Of a stretch of DNA of 64,000 nucleotides, positions 1-12,235 are shown one piece after another (position 1 is the stretch's first letter; the number at the start of each line of letters is the position of its first letter). The notes under the pieces were generated by a model. It searched no databases. It saw only the letters and a list, made by a program, of their open reading frames with translations, and was not told the DNA's origin. This DNA comes from Oikopleura dioica (lineage: Eukaryota > Animalia > Chordata). The position numbers and the translations under genes are program-made. The stretch is taken from the NCBI GenBank assembly GCA_907165135.1, contig OU015568.1, positions 2,418,001 through 2,482,000 of the forward strand. Reading direction: 5' to 3'.

Positions 1-2329
1 AGGGAGCTTCTCCAATCAATTTCAACGGACTAATCCTTCTTCGTACCAGCCATGTGAAGAAGTAGTTAGCGATCGCAAGAATTATCAGAGAAATGACCAC
101 TTAATAATTATCAGTTAAACTTATATTTGAAAATGATATTCACGGATTGACAAAACGGTGTACCATCGATCAAGAACTTCCGTATTCAGTCCCTTGTCGA
201 GCCAGTAATCGGGGATGGTCTCGTTCCCGCTGCGGTCCATTCTCTAGTTCGACTCGAACTGTTCGAGACCTGGGCTCCTTTCCCAGGTTAAAAAACTGAT
301 GAACCTTCAATTCTCATTTTCTTGGAAATAAACATTTCTAGAAAATCCTAGCGCTTTTGGGATTTTTTCAACTCTGCCCGATTTCCCGCGAAATTAATTC
401 AAAGCTTTTAAAAGTTTTTGGTCTTGAGTACCATTTTTGCTTTCACTTCGCTTTCGGCTGACCGTTTTGATTTGTGAGAGGAAAGAAAAGTGCCAAAAAG
501 TGGAATTTCAAGTGGCGCCAATTTTGGCACGCGTCAACGACTCAATTAGCACACATTTCTGTTTTAGAAGTTATTAACAACACGCGAAAAAGGGTTTACG
601 CGTTTCTTGAATTACAGAACATGGAAAAATGAATTCCAGGGCCGAATCTTTTTCTCAGCGCTAGAATCAGATTTCTTTCTTTTTCTAGCTGGCGTTTCTA
701 TTTTGGCGGTATTTTGACCATCCGGGCTGGGCGATTTCGGAATTTCCGGAACTATTTCCTCTTTCAATCGGACGATTTACGATGTTATTTTTGCGGCTCA
801 GGGAATGTTTGATTGTTGCCGAGCGGTGGAATTCTTGCGGCAAGAATTACATTGCCGGAAATAATTCAAAATGCCTTTCAAGCTTTTCATTTTTCTTTTG
901 ACTCAAAAACTACTCATCGTTTGCTTCAGAAAATAAGGGTATCACTTTCTTATTTCAAAAAGTTCAGCTTTCAATCAGATTTTTAAAGAATGGAAATCAT
1001 CAACTACCACGGGAAATCTCTTCCTGAGCTTGTTGACCTTGATTTGAAAGACTTACCGGACTCTGCCGACGTTGAAAAAATAATTACCCGTCTGGCTATT
1101 TCCGCTCAAGAGGTTCAAGACAAAGCGCAACCTAATGAATAAATACACGAATCTGTTATTCCAAGGACAAAAGGAAGAGCGACGAAGAGCGTTATTTATT
1201 CCTCGCCAAGCACCTGACTGAATCTTCCTTAGCATTTTAACCTATTCACCGCTAAATACACAAATCAAGGCTGACATTTTCTTCCCGGGAGTAAACTGTC
1301 GAAATTCCGAATGGAGCCTGAGAAAGTAGGATTTCAGCCGGGTAAGAATGACATTTCGCGACTCTAGTAATTACCTCAGGAATGCGTGAACTTCATCAAA
1401 CAATCCAACAATCTGATGAGCTGCTCGACAACAGTAAAAACTGTGTGATGGCCTGTCATCAAGCTCCCGCCCTGTGGAGGCACCTCCAATCCGGGCGCCA
1501 TTTTAAAAGGTGCGCGGCGGGGGATGAGCTTTTCAATATAAATCCAACTATCACTTTCAACACTTATTCTTAAGATTATCGCAGCGGGACTTTTATCGAT
1601 TCAACGAACTTTTCTTCCGCCCTTTTATAAAAAAGGGTTTATATTTGACTTGCCCTTAAAGACTGTATTTAGTAAGAAAATATTGAATGAACTTTCAATG
1701 CAAAAAGAAAGACGCGGAAATGGATAATTTCCGGAGTTAATTAATAATTCGCTGTGAAGAATTTTCCCAAAGACCTTGAAAAGGAGGGATTAATGAGTTG
1801 ACCTTTCGGACAAAGCGGCCCCCAACGGTGGAACGAGAAAAACCGACGGATGTAAATAGTTGGAAATAGGAAATTCCAACTCACGACCTCGGATCCCGCC
1901 CCTGAATTCGCGGTTTCTAGCACTAGAATACCTCTTTTTCTCGAAAAAGTGTGTATTTCGCCCGTCAAAAGCTGATTTATACGCAACGGCTACCCTTTTG
2001 AAGACCGAACATTCTGAGACGATAATTACTTTTCCGATTTGTATTTCCTGTCAATCAAAAATTACCGATATTCTCAGGAAATCTCGGCTTTGATGTTATT
2101 TTTCCGATATTTCCCCAGAATTCTGGCCGCCAGCCACGATCTCATAAAAAGCCAATTCGTCTTCATAAAAGCGACTTCCAGAAGTCCACGTTTTATCCTC
2201 CTTTATTATGAGAATGATCAAGGCCAGGAAGCGGGCAATATTTCTTTGGCTCCAAAACCCAAATAAAACTTGGAGTTATTCGGAAGATTTAAGGAGGATA
2301 GACATCATCCGATTTAGCAACCCTAAATA

Positions 2330-2489
2330 AGGGGAGGTGTCTGCAACCGACAAAAAAAATTTGACAAATTTTGCGTGGAAATTTTCAACCAATCAGAAGC
2401 CTTGATCTGGCAAACCGGCCAATCAGCAGCCCAGTAGCCGCCCACGCAAAATTTGTCGAAATTTTTGTCGGTTCCAGACACCATCCCCT
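2330..2489. mobile_element. Small MITE (~160 bp) with ~45-bp imperfect terminal inverted repeats
   Basis: Left arm aggggaggtgtctgcaaccgacaaaaaaaatttgacaaattttgcgtgg (2330-2378) is close to the reverse complement of ccacgcaaaatttgtcgaaatttttgtcggttccagacaccatcccct (2442-2489). Both sides are flanked by aaata (2325-2329 and 2490-2494). Confidence 0.75.
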
Positions 2490-4123
2490 AAATAGGGACC
2501 CTTTTGCCGAACAACTTTGAGGATGGAGCTCACCCTAGCCATAGATTTTGAGAATTGCACCCACCCTAGGTGCCCCCATGACCACAAAACGCGTAAATCA
2601 GCGTTGTAAACCGGAAAACAACCATAAACCCGTGGCTGGTCTATTTGCCACAGTATTTGTTGAAAGACACTCGCTGCTCGAGTGGAAAAGGTTTTTGTCT
2701 CCCTAAAAATGCTCGAAGGTGGTCACGTGCCAAATATTGCCAAATCAACATGTCCGATCGAGTGCCGTGCAAGGAGCGTCGTCACTCTTCGTAAGTCGGA
2801 AGCAGAAATGTTTCGAAAACCGCTTCCGGAAGTGGTTCGCGCCGGATGTGATCCGACCTGAGAGACCCGGAAGTTTAGTACCACTCGTGAGAAATGCCAA
2901 ACATATAAAAACAGGCTGTTTAGGGACTTGAATTCTTAAAATTCTCATCCGCTATTACAATTTTAACAATCGAGTTCTATTTTTCCAATTATAAATAGTT
3001 AAGGAATTAACGAAGTGATACCCTTAAAATAAAACATCAGAGATGCGTTAGTTTTATTGATTAAGGGTGTCAAATCGATAATTCTAGAGGAAAAATTTTG
3101 TCCAAAACTGAGATTTTTGATATAATGCCAAGAATTTCGAGACATTCATTCCAGGAATCTGACAGTAGTTGAAAATCTGGAACTTTCTTGGCATCATTCA
3201 AAGGATCAGACTCTCCGGAGCCATGATTTCAAAAACGCTGCTCCCGGACTGACGGAAGCTATCAATTCCATCAATTGAAAGCGAGGCAAATTTCAACTCA
3301 TAAATTTCTCGATTTCTTCTTTCATCATCAAAATTCCTCAAAGAAGAACGTCTTTATTTATTGTTCTTCAAGTTAGTTCCAGTTCCCAAATTTTCTTTTA
3401 TTGCTTTGATTCTGTTCAACATTCGGCGAGTCCTTGATCTACGCGATTTCGGGAAAGTCTATTAATCCATTTGCTTATTTATGATCTTTTGTGGCGGATT
3501 GTGGACGGTTCTTGCACTTTCAGCTTCCAAATCCGACTAAATAAACAATCCTTCCTCCTTATTTTTCTGTAAAAAGGGGTGCCTTGTCAATCATTAAGGG
3601 GTAAAGCCCTCTAATTGGGGTCATTTCCTTGACATTGAACGTCAAATTATCGGGACTATCGACTCAAATTGACCAGAAACATGAAAAAATCGAATATTTT
3701 TACCCGAATTCTCGTTCTTTTTCATCATTTCTTTCATTAATTTTCAAGTGCTGTACCTGCCCTTAATTCCCCGTCTGGAGCCGCCCTTAATCTTCACATA
3801 AGTGTTATTCTCAGCGTGTGCTGCACATTGGCCCGTCTCCAGGCGCGTTTCTTTTCAAGTGATGAAAATTCATGGTATTTTTGTGAATTGGAAGCGAACA
3901 AGCACCTGACTGTGAAAGTGCTTCTCACTTTTCGCTTCAAACAACGCCACGTGATATCCGCTGCTTTGATCTGGCCTCAGCAGGTAGCCATGTTTAGTGT
4001 TATCGCTTTGCTTCAAGTGTTTCTCGACCATATGATCATTATTGCTTAAGGGTGCTTTCCTTTTAAAAGTATTTTAGATAGGGAGTAATTTGACGAAGGA
4101 TTAGAGATTAGCATTGTGCAATG

Positions 4124-4616
4124 CAGGGCTGGATATTTTGAAATCAGCAAAAATCTCAAATCGATTTTTGTGTGAAATCTCATTTTCATTTCAAAATTTT
4201 GCACCATTTCAACAAATTTCAAATTTCAATTTTATTGCAACTCCCTCGTCATTATTTTTCTTTTTTGAAATTGCTGAAATTTCAGAATCTCAAATCTCAA
4301 AATTTTGCAAACCGCGCAATGGCCGCAGACAAACGTCGCGGGCTTAGAGCAAGACTTGTGATTGGTTCAGATGGACCTGAAATGCTTGAGATCTCAGAAT
4401 TTCAAATTTCATTTCATTGCAACGCGCGTATCCAACTCACGCAGTTTTCTGAGATAATTGAGATCTCAGCATTTCAAATATCATTTTTTTGCAAAATCGA
4501 AAATTGAGATCTCAAACAGAAAATTTTCTGAGATTGCATTTTTGAAATGGATGAGATGACGATTCATGTTTTTTCGGGGTTTGAGATTTTTGTTGATTTC
4601 AAAATATCCAGCCCTG
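4124..4616. mobile_element. hAT-type MITE (493 bp) with 37-bp TIRs and 8-bp TSD
   Basis: TIRs cagggctggatattttgaaatcagcaaaaatctcaaa and tttgagatttttgttgatttcaaaatatccagccctg match at 36/37. Direct repeat gtgcaatg lies at 4116-4123 and 4617-4624. CAGGG termini with an 8-bp TSD are typical of hAT elements. Confidence 0.92.
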
Positions 4617-6489
4617 GTGCAATGTACATATAATACGAAATATTTATATTTATGCTTTAGCGTGGACCATTCAACTGTAAAATTCGATAAGACAATAAAA
4701 AATGCAATGGTTTTTGTGAAGCCCCCTACAGATGGTCTTATTTTCCTAGCAATCAAGAAAATATGCTTTGACTCAAGAGAACAGTCTGTTCGATCTCATC
4801 TTTTCTTTCGTAATTTTTGGCTTGATGACATGCAAGTATTCTGAGAGGTGTGTTTCACATGGCAGCTGGAATGTTAGAATCAAAGCTGCTCGGAATTCAA
4901 TCGAACCCGGCGGCAGGAAGGGGGAGGAAGCGTAAACCTTGTGAACCGAGTGCCAAAATCCGCTTCGCTTATGAGGATTTTGCAAATAAGACGCGTCTCG
5001 AGGAACACTCTTTTCCGGAGAAGATTCTTATTTTTAGGAAAAGTTCTTCGATTTATAGACGAGAATTCAAGAAAGACATCCTTATCCGTCCCCAAAACCA
5101 TAACTGATTTCTTTTCCTGTTTATTTATCACTCTTCACCCGCCCCAGGCCATGTGACACATGTCCTCGGCCAATACAACAACCCTTTTGATCCTCCGGGG
5201 ACACTCCAAAAATTGAGCCCTTGACTTTTGATGAATTGAAAACGGCCTGCGCAAATTTCAAAAGTATTGGATTTGTTTGGATATTGTTTGGGGCCCATAT
5301 GTGTATGTCAAAAGTAGGAATTTATTGCCAAACACACGCCCGGGGGCGGGCCGTTAATTTGACTCCTTGTTGAAGGATGGAATTGACATTTTTAAAGCTG
5401 TCACGTGATTTTTTTGCGATTGATCTTACCTCCTACTTATAAAGAAGAAAATAAGGGTGTCAAGATGCAATTTCCAGAGATGAATTTACTTCTCCAAAAA
5501 GCTCTGTTTGTCGCCAATTGGATAACAATTTCTACGAATCGTCATGATTACCAATTAGTTGATGTTTGTTTCAATTAGCTAGAAAAATGGGCACTTTGTC
5601 CGTTTTGCCGGTTTTTGGATATTCTTGTTTTTGGAGTGGATTACGAAGTGGAATTCGTGTAGCCCATTAGCCATGGACAAAACTGCTACTAACAACCCCC
5701 GTGACCACTAGAATGTTAATCCCTTTTCTTCTCTTCCCAGAGTGCGCCGGGTGAGGGCCCCGCCCTGTGCGCTAGAAAAACGCGAAAACAAACGAAAACT
5801 CTACAAATGCGCATTTAGCCAGTTTAATCCGCAGAAAGTCGAAACAAAAATAGTGGTTATGCAAACCAACGAAAACACAAACAAAGCAGAGGCTTTTAAA
5901 ACTCTGTTACTGTAAATATAAATTATAAAATACTTTCTTTTCCATCGCGAATTCAGAATGTTTTCGGGACATTTTAATATTGTGTCACCCTTATTTTCAG
6001 CAAGAAGAGATGAGGGCAAATAGAATGAAATTTTCTAGTACTTTCTTTTTTACGATTTTAACTGTAACTATCGCTGGAATTTCACAGCGGCAGTTGGGCA
6101 GCAAAAGCAAGCCTGATCGGCATTTGGATAAACAGTCTTCTTCGGTATCAGTATTTGGCTTGATTCAACAAATACGCATCTGACAAGATCAATTGATTGG
6201 AGAGACAGCTCCTGAAACTCACCAAAACATCATCTCGATCTAAGAACTGTATTTTTATTTACCGTCGTCAAGATACTCTAGGGACGGTTTTGAAGATGGC
6301 CAGGACAAGTTTGTAAACTGTCGAAATCCATCCATCATAATAATTTCGCTAATTTGACCCGTGAGAAATTTTTAAACAACCAGGAAATTTCTAATTGCGG
6401 GATAGACTGGTTTGTTTTGAAGCAATTTTCTGAAAACTCCGGTTTTTTTCGGGGTGTCCTCTGCTTATATCTAAAAATTAACAATGTTT

Positions 6490-6665
6490 AACCGCGGTTA
6501 ACCGTGGTCCGAGCTTGGAAACCTGTGAAGAAACCTGAGTCAGGGTTTAAACTCAGATTTAAAGCTTTTTTGGCGGAGCCGCTTTGCGGCTTCATCAAGA
6601 AAAAGCCGCTACGCGGCTTTCAATGACAAGTCATTCCTAACCCTGACTCAGGTTTTTTCACAGGT
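6490..6665. repeat. Palindromic / fold-back dispersed repeat (MITE-like)
   Basis: Starts with aaccgcggttaaccgtgg. 6521-6547 and 6639-6665 form a 27-bp inverted repeat (26/27), and internal hairpins include aagccgctacgcggctt. Parts recur at 12456, 13177, 15817-15886, 21271-21314, 36932 and 61909-61993. Confidence 0.65.
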
Positions 6666-6818
6666 GAGCCGAGCCAAGACCTTGGTTTCTTACTTATGCG
6701 ACACATAAACTTTGACTCGTAAATTAGCTCAAAATTATCCTCGAAGGTTGATCTAACCTTGAAAAACACGAGTATGGCACCTTGTAGGCCTTGTAGTACG
6801 GAAATGAGGTTTAAGTAT

Positions 6819-7011
6819 TGTTGTGATCGCGAATCTGCCGATTCCCTTATTTGGAGATTCGCCTCGTGCACCTGCTGTTCATAACTTTCGCCGGCGCAAG
6901 CCTCGTTTTCTGTTCACTCTTTAACTTGAAAACTAGCCTAATATACGCTTTTATAAAAACCGCGGATAATTGCTCTCCAATTCTCTTGCAAGGCAAATCG
7001 TTACCACAACA
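6819..7011 (+). repeat. 5' LTR (193 bp)
   Basis: Identical by eye to 12043-12235; TG...CA ends with a 7-bp terminal inverted repeat; TATA-like ttttataaaaa near 6950. Confidence 0.97.
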
Positions 7012-7014
7012 TAC

Positions 7015-7025
7015 TGGTACCAGGA
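7015..7025 (+). other. Primer-binding site TGGTACCAGGA
   Basis: Begins with TGG 3 nt after the 5' LTR. It is complementary to a tRNA 3' end ...UCCUGGUACCA, which resembles tRNA-Leu(UAA) ends; the tRNA identity is an inference. Confidence 0.7.
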
Positions 7026-7287
7026 AAAATCGACCCCACGGTCCTACAACACCCATTCCCAGCCAGCCATCTAGAGAAGCTAATTTGGGAAGAAAATCAT
7101 CTTGGTGGACCAATTCGCCGAGAGGAAAACGCAAGTTGTGGTTTCAGCCAATCACGTGGATTAATCCTGAGCGGGAATCAAACCCTTCACGGAGGTCACT
7201 CAGCAATTTCGAAACCTATCGAAATTGAAATCTGAGTGCACCAATAAGGTAACGCCATTCAAAAGAGTCACCTAACTGCTTTTCGCC

Positions 7288-8321
7288 ATGTCGCTCGAAA
7301 CTCTCAAATGGATCCGAGAAACGATCGCTGAGCTAGATGAAGAAATAACGGCGCTCAATTCGCCAAATTCAGCAGCCACAAAAGAGAAAAAAGAATTACA
7401 GAAGAAACTCAAGGCAAAGCTGGACATCGCCATCGACGGGATCAAAGTGGAAGGTAACGAGTTAACAAGAGAGCAGGCAAGTGCGATCAAATCCGCGGAA
7501 AATGCCCTGAACGAATTAACATACAGCGGGCGAGATTTCGATGAAACATCGGTGTTCACTTCCAAAGTAACACAAATTTACGAAATTTATATCGCCGATG
7601 ACCCAAAATTGCACGAAATCTTCGCGTCAAAGGTTAAGCTGCGCTTCAGCCCTTCAATTTACTCGCGGCTTAAAAACGCAACAAAATCGACGAAAACTTG
7701 GATTGAGCTGCGCGAGTGGTTAAATTTAACATACGATTCGGGATTATCAGCGCTGCAACTCTTAACAAGAGTAATGGAAACGCAATTCGACGAAAATTCA
7801 CCGTGGAAAAAGTACGCGCAGGACATAGAAGATCGTATGGAGCCGGCTAAAGCCGCTATTTGCGCTCAAATCCGCCGAACCAAAATGAAAAAGAACCCGG
7901 GCACACAAGAAAACGACGATAGTAATGCTCCAACCGCGGATGACATATTCGACTTCGTTTCTGCGAGCATTATCGCGGGGCGATTGAAAGTCACGAAACC
8001 TTCGGTGCATGCACACATGGCCAATGAATGGGCTCAAATCTCAGATGCTCAAACAATCGCGACAAAGTCGAATTCCTGATTTCTCAAACAACCAATCAGG
8101 GCGGATCAGTATTTTTCGCACGCCAGAGCCAGAAACCAAAGTCAAAAATGCCAATATGCAAATATTTTGCCGCGGGGAACTGCAGAGTCAAAAACTGCAG
8201 ATTTCGTCACGAGAAACCTAAACGACAAGAAGACCGCGGTAAGAAGACCAACACTTTCGTTGCTCAAGCAAATGAAGAAGAACGTCTACCAGAGGAAAAT
8301 GAAGCGTCGGTTTTTCTATAA
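7288..8321 (+). CDS. gag: Gag-like protein with C-terminal CCCH zinc finger; split by a 1-nt frameshift at ~8064
   Basis: First ORF after the PBS (7288-8079, coiled-coil N-terminus) continues in the overlapping ORF 8028-8321 containing CKYFAAGNCRVKNCRFRH. One extra A in the AAA at 8064-8066 joins TIATK to VEFLISQ. Confidence 0.8.
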
Positions 8322-11300
8322 ATGCTGGTAATGAGTGCGAATTATCAGCATGCTTATCGTGCAGCACAAATATCACTAATTCTTTCTTCAACACAAAAAT
8401 TACGCTTATGATGAATGGATTTACACTAAAAGTCACTGCATTGGTCGACAGCGGATCTGACAAATGTATTTTGCCAATGCATCTCCTTCCATCGTCACTT
8501 CACAAGTTTATCGAGCCAACTTCAATGGAATTCCGCGGATGTGGAAGAATAAAATCAATTGGTAGGATATCCGCAATAGTGAAAGCTCACCAATCAAATT
8601 ACAAATTCCGCGGTGTATGCTTTTACATCGTGAGAGAAGGTTTGCCGGCAATCCTCGGCAAAGATTTTATCATAGGACACTCAAGCAGCGAGCACGGAAA
8701 CTTCAAAATCGCCGGTTATGGAATGGAAATAATGATTCACTCTGGCCGAAGGGTCCTATTCCCTTGGTCAGAAGTCAACGCGCTGTTTAGGATGGAAGTC
8801 AGCAAATTAACGACGCAGCAAAAGGTGGAACTACGGGAGAAAACGAAAGAACTAAAACTCGACAACACTATCTTCAAAGGTGAAAATTTCGAACGATTCA
8901 TCAACATCCTCTTCCGAAAGCAAAAAGTTTTCAAAGGGCCAAACGATAAAGTAGGCCTGTTTTCGGAGCAAGTGAGGATCCCGACAATCCCTGGATTAAC
9001 GAAAAGCGCTCGACCGCGGCCAATAGCCAAACATCTGCAACCGAAAGTAGATGGTAAGATGGAAACGATGCTCAATGGGAAGATAATCGAGGAGTGCCCC
9101 GACGGAAAGGGTTTTCACAGTCCACTAGTCATTGTCCCTAAAAAAGACGACGATATAAGAGTATGCTCCGATTTCAAGTCCGGGCTTAACCAGTGCCTCA
9201 CAGAGGAGACGGACATCTGGAACGTGCCAAATATAGATTGTTTGTTTGCGGACATGGAGACTGGAAACCACATCTTCTCTGACATTGATATAAACGCGGC
9301 ATATTGGAACATGGAAATCCACCCAGACGACCGACATAAAACGAATTTTTATTATAAGGACAAGCTGTATCAGTACATCAGAATGCCGTTTGGAATGAAA
9401 CACAGCGGCGACGCATTTTGCAAATGTGTCGCAAAAATGCTAGGGACGGTGAAGCTACAAAACAACTTCAAAAGCTATGTGGATGATATATTGCTACATA
9501 GCCGTGACGAAGAAACGCATCTTCAGGTCTTGGAGCAGGTTTTGGATGCCTGCGAAAAATTCGGCGTCAAGCTGGGGGGAAAAAAGTGCAATTTCGGCCG
9601 GCGATCAACAAAATTCATGGGCCGACAAATTTCCGCGGAAGGGATAAGCATCCCAGAAGAAAACATGAAAGCAATAAAGGAATTGCAGCCACCGCGGAAC
9701 AGGAAGGAATTAATGTCAGTCCTCGGAACCCTTGGTTGGTGGAAAAGCTGGATCTCATGCAACGTTGGTGACCGAGTGGCCATCAACTCATTCAGCTCAA
9801 TCGTCAAAGAAATGTCTGTGCTGAACAGGCAAAATAAACCATTTCAGTGGAATGACGACGCTCAAGCGAGCTTCGATAACGCAAAAAGGATCTTGGCAAG
9901 TAATAAGGTATTTAGTCTCCTGATTTTTCTCGACCATTTGTGGTCGTTTGCGATGCATCCAAAGTGGCTATTGGAGGAGCCATTATGCAAAAATTCGGCA
10001 ACAAACAAAAACTGATCGCCGTTTATTCGAAAACACTGTCGTCAACAGAATCGAAATGGTCAACGACGGAACGAGAAGCTTTCGCACTATTGATGACAAT
10101 CGAGAAATTTTCATATTATTTGGAGGGAAAGCCATTCTTATGCCTCACCGATCACAAAGCTTTATGCGCCTTGGACAAGAAAATAATGGCAAACGACAAG
10201 CTCCAAAGATGGCAAGATCGACTCAGTAAGTTTCGATTTACAATTCAGTACATTAAAGGACAAGACAATTGCCTGGCAGATATATTGTCACGACCGTGGC
10301 ACAAAGTCTGTGCGAAAAACGAAAAACCAAGCGACGAACTGGCAGGAAAATTCTACAATCCGGCCGGAGAGAGCGACCTCATAATTTATATCCCGTCATG
10401 GTGCGGTGGTGAAAGTTTACCACAGAAAATGCTCCTCGAAAACAAAGAAGTCGCCGCGGAAATTTATGCTTTAAAATCAGCTGCCACAGGAGTTCTGAGC
10501 GAAAACGTACCTATCCTGGAGCTGCGGATAATTGAAAATGCTCAATCAGAAGATAAACTCATAGGTACAGTAAAAAACTTTGTAGAAAACAAAATATCCG
10601 CGGAAAAATGGCAAGTCCCAGATAGTCTTTACGGCATAGAATCATACAAACGCTGGTCGAAAAAATTGGAAATCCATCCGGAGAGTAAAGCCTTGACGAT
10701 CAACTGGGGGGGAAAAGAAGTGCCTTGTGCTTCCCAAAAGCCTTATTCCTCACTATTTAAAAGCTGCTCATCACAAAGCGCACACCGGAGTTGATCGAAC
10801 AAGGGAATTGCTATCATGGTCGTGGTGGCCCGACCAATTGGACGATATCCGCGGATTTGTCTCAAGTTGCGACATTTGCCTGAAAAGAAAAGGCCAGGAC
10901 ATGCAGAAAGGTAAACCAGATATGCAGACCCTTTACCGTGCCAAGCGACCATGGGAAATCATTTATGTCGACTTTATACAACTCGAGCGATCGAAAACCG
11001 GTAAATCATACGCATTAACCATTATGGATGGATACAGTCGTTTCTTGTCAGTTTATCCGACTGCGAGGTGCCGAGCAAGTGACGCTGCTCGCCAAATTAT
11101 GCGTCACATTCTATTGTACGATTTCCCGAAGATTATCAGCAGCGACCAAGGTAAACATTTCCGAAATGAAATGCTGAGTGAGCTTTGTCATTTGCTTGGA
11201 GTCAAGCAGAATTTACATGTTCCTTATCGCCCGGAAAGTACTGGATGCCTAGAGCGATCGCACCGTGTTCTCAAAAATGCGTTATATGGAATCGCCTTGG

Positions 11301-11917
11301 AACGAAATCTGTGTTGGGAATTAGTTCTACCATCAGTGGTGAGTACTATGAATAAATGCAAAAATGTGGCAACGCGCGTCTCGCCATTCGAAATTATTTA
11401 CGGAAGAAAACCTTCGTTCGACGGAATACAAATGGCCGAAAACCCATCCGCGGATTCTCCAAAAACGTACGCCACTGAAATAGCCGCGACCCTAAGCCGC
11501 GTCCACAAGCTCGTCGATTTAGCTCAATCGGAAGCAGACCTCGTCGCTAAAAATAAGGGAAAATCTATAATTGAACCAATAACGATAACCAAAGGCGACA
11601 GAGTTCTGCTAAAAAGACCCATGTCCGCGGAAACGAAGGAGAGCAAGGGCGCTTGGAATGGACCCTTTGAAGTGGTGGACACTAATGGCGTTATAGTTCG
11701 ACTGGACATTAGTGGAAAGCTCAGTTGGGTACACCGACATCACTGTATTCTCTACAAGGACCGTCCACAGCACCTGGACCCGGATTATTGCGGCCAAAAT
11801 CAACCCGAGAACCCCGTTGTTAAGAAACGACCCGACGCTGAACCGGCCTCATCGTTCACCGAAAGATATCCGCGGCGCGCCCGGAAAAAGACTGTACCTT
11901 TCCAAGCAAGATCATAA
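8303..11917 (+). CDS. pol: Pol polyprotein (aspartic protease, RT, RNase H, integrase) with two 1-nt frameshifts
   Basis: Protease ALVDSGSD; RT YVDD; RNase H CDAS...ERE...TDH...LADILSR; integrase HHKAH...CDIC, VDF...SDQG...E; GPF motif WNGPFEVV. The frame is open from 8303. Frame breaks fall at CC 9919-9920 and G7 10706-10712. Confidence 0.95.
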
Positions 11918-12030
11918 CAAATCATTTATTATCACTATTTGATCAGAAAAGACAACGAGGAGGCTTCAAGTCGACGAACCCGCTCTCGTCACCAACTTGG
12001 ACTCTGCGTCGGTCAACCTTCACGCCAGTC

Positions 12031-12042
12031 GAATCTGGGGGA
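12031..12042 (+). other. Short polypurine tract (gaatctggggga)
   Basis: Purine run immediately 5' of the 3' LTR. Confidence 0.55.
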
Positions 12043-12235
12043 TGTTGTGATCGCGAATCTGCCGATTCCCTTATTTGGAGATTCGCCTCGTGCACCTGCT
12101 GTTCATAACTTTCGCCGGCGCAAGCCTCGTTTTCTGTTCACTCTTTAACTTGAAAACTAGCCTAATATACGCTTTTATAAAAACCGCGGATAATTGCTCT
12201 CCAATTCTCTTGCAAGGCAAATCGTTACCACAACA
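12043..12235 (+). repeat. 3' LTR (193 bp)
   Basis: Identical to 6819-7011 and followed by the TSD GTAT. Confidence 0.97.

Larger units (their letters stand above)
6819..12235 (+). mobile_element. Full-length Ty3/gypsy LTR retrotransposon (Tor-like, no env), 5,417 bp
   Basis: Two identical 193-bp LTRs (TGTTGTG...CACAACA); 4-bp TSD GTAT at 6815-6818 and 12236-12239; PBS and PPT present; domain order gag, PR, RT, RNase H, IN. Confidence 0.97.

Noticed and set aside
1-290. Minus-strand segments MDRSGNETIPDYWLDKG... and TWLVRRRISPL resembling a PX domain
   Set aside because: The key RRYSEF-type motif is absent and the gene runs off the window; not supportable.
5454-5991. Short inverted pair ta|agggtgtca ... 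tgtcaccct|ta
   Set aside because: Only 8/9 matching bases; too short to call a MITE without more copies.
5980-6183. Signal-peptide-like ORF MKFSSTFFFTILTVTIAG
   Set aside because: No convincing continuation by splicing, and the opposite strand is equally open; left unassigned.
6851-7228. ORFs MEIRLVHLL... at 6851 and 12075
   Set aside because: Both start inside the duplicated LTR and diverge at its end; they are by-products of the repeat.
11918-12042. Possible env gene in the retrotransposon
   Set aside because: Only 125 nt separate the pol stop from the 3' LTR, leaving no room for an env ORF.
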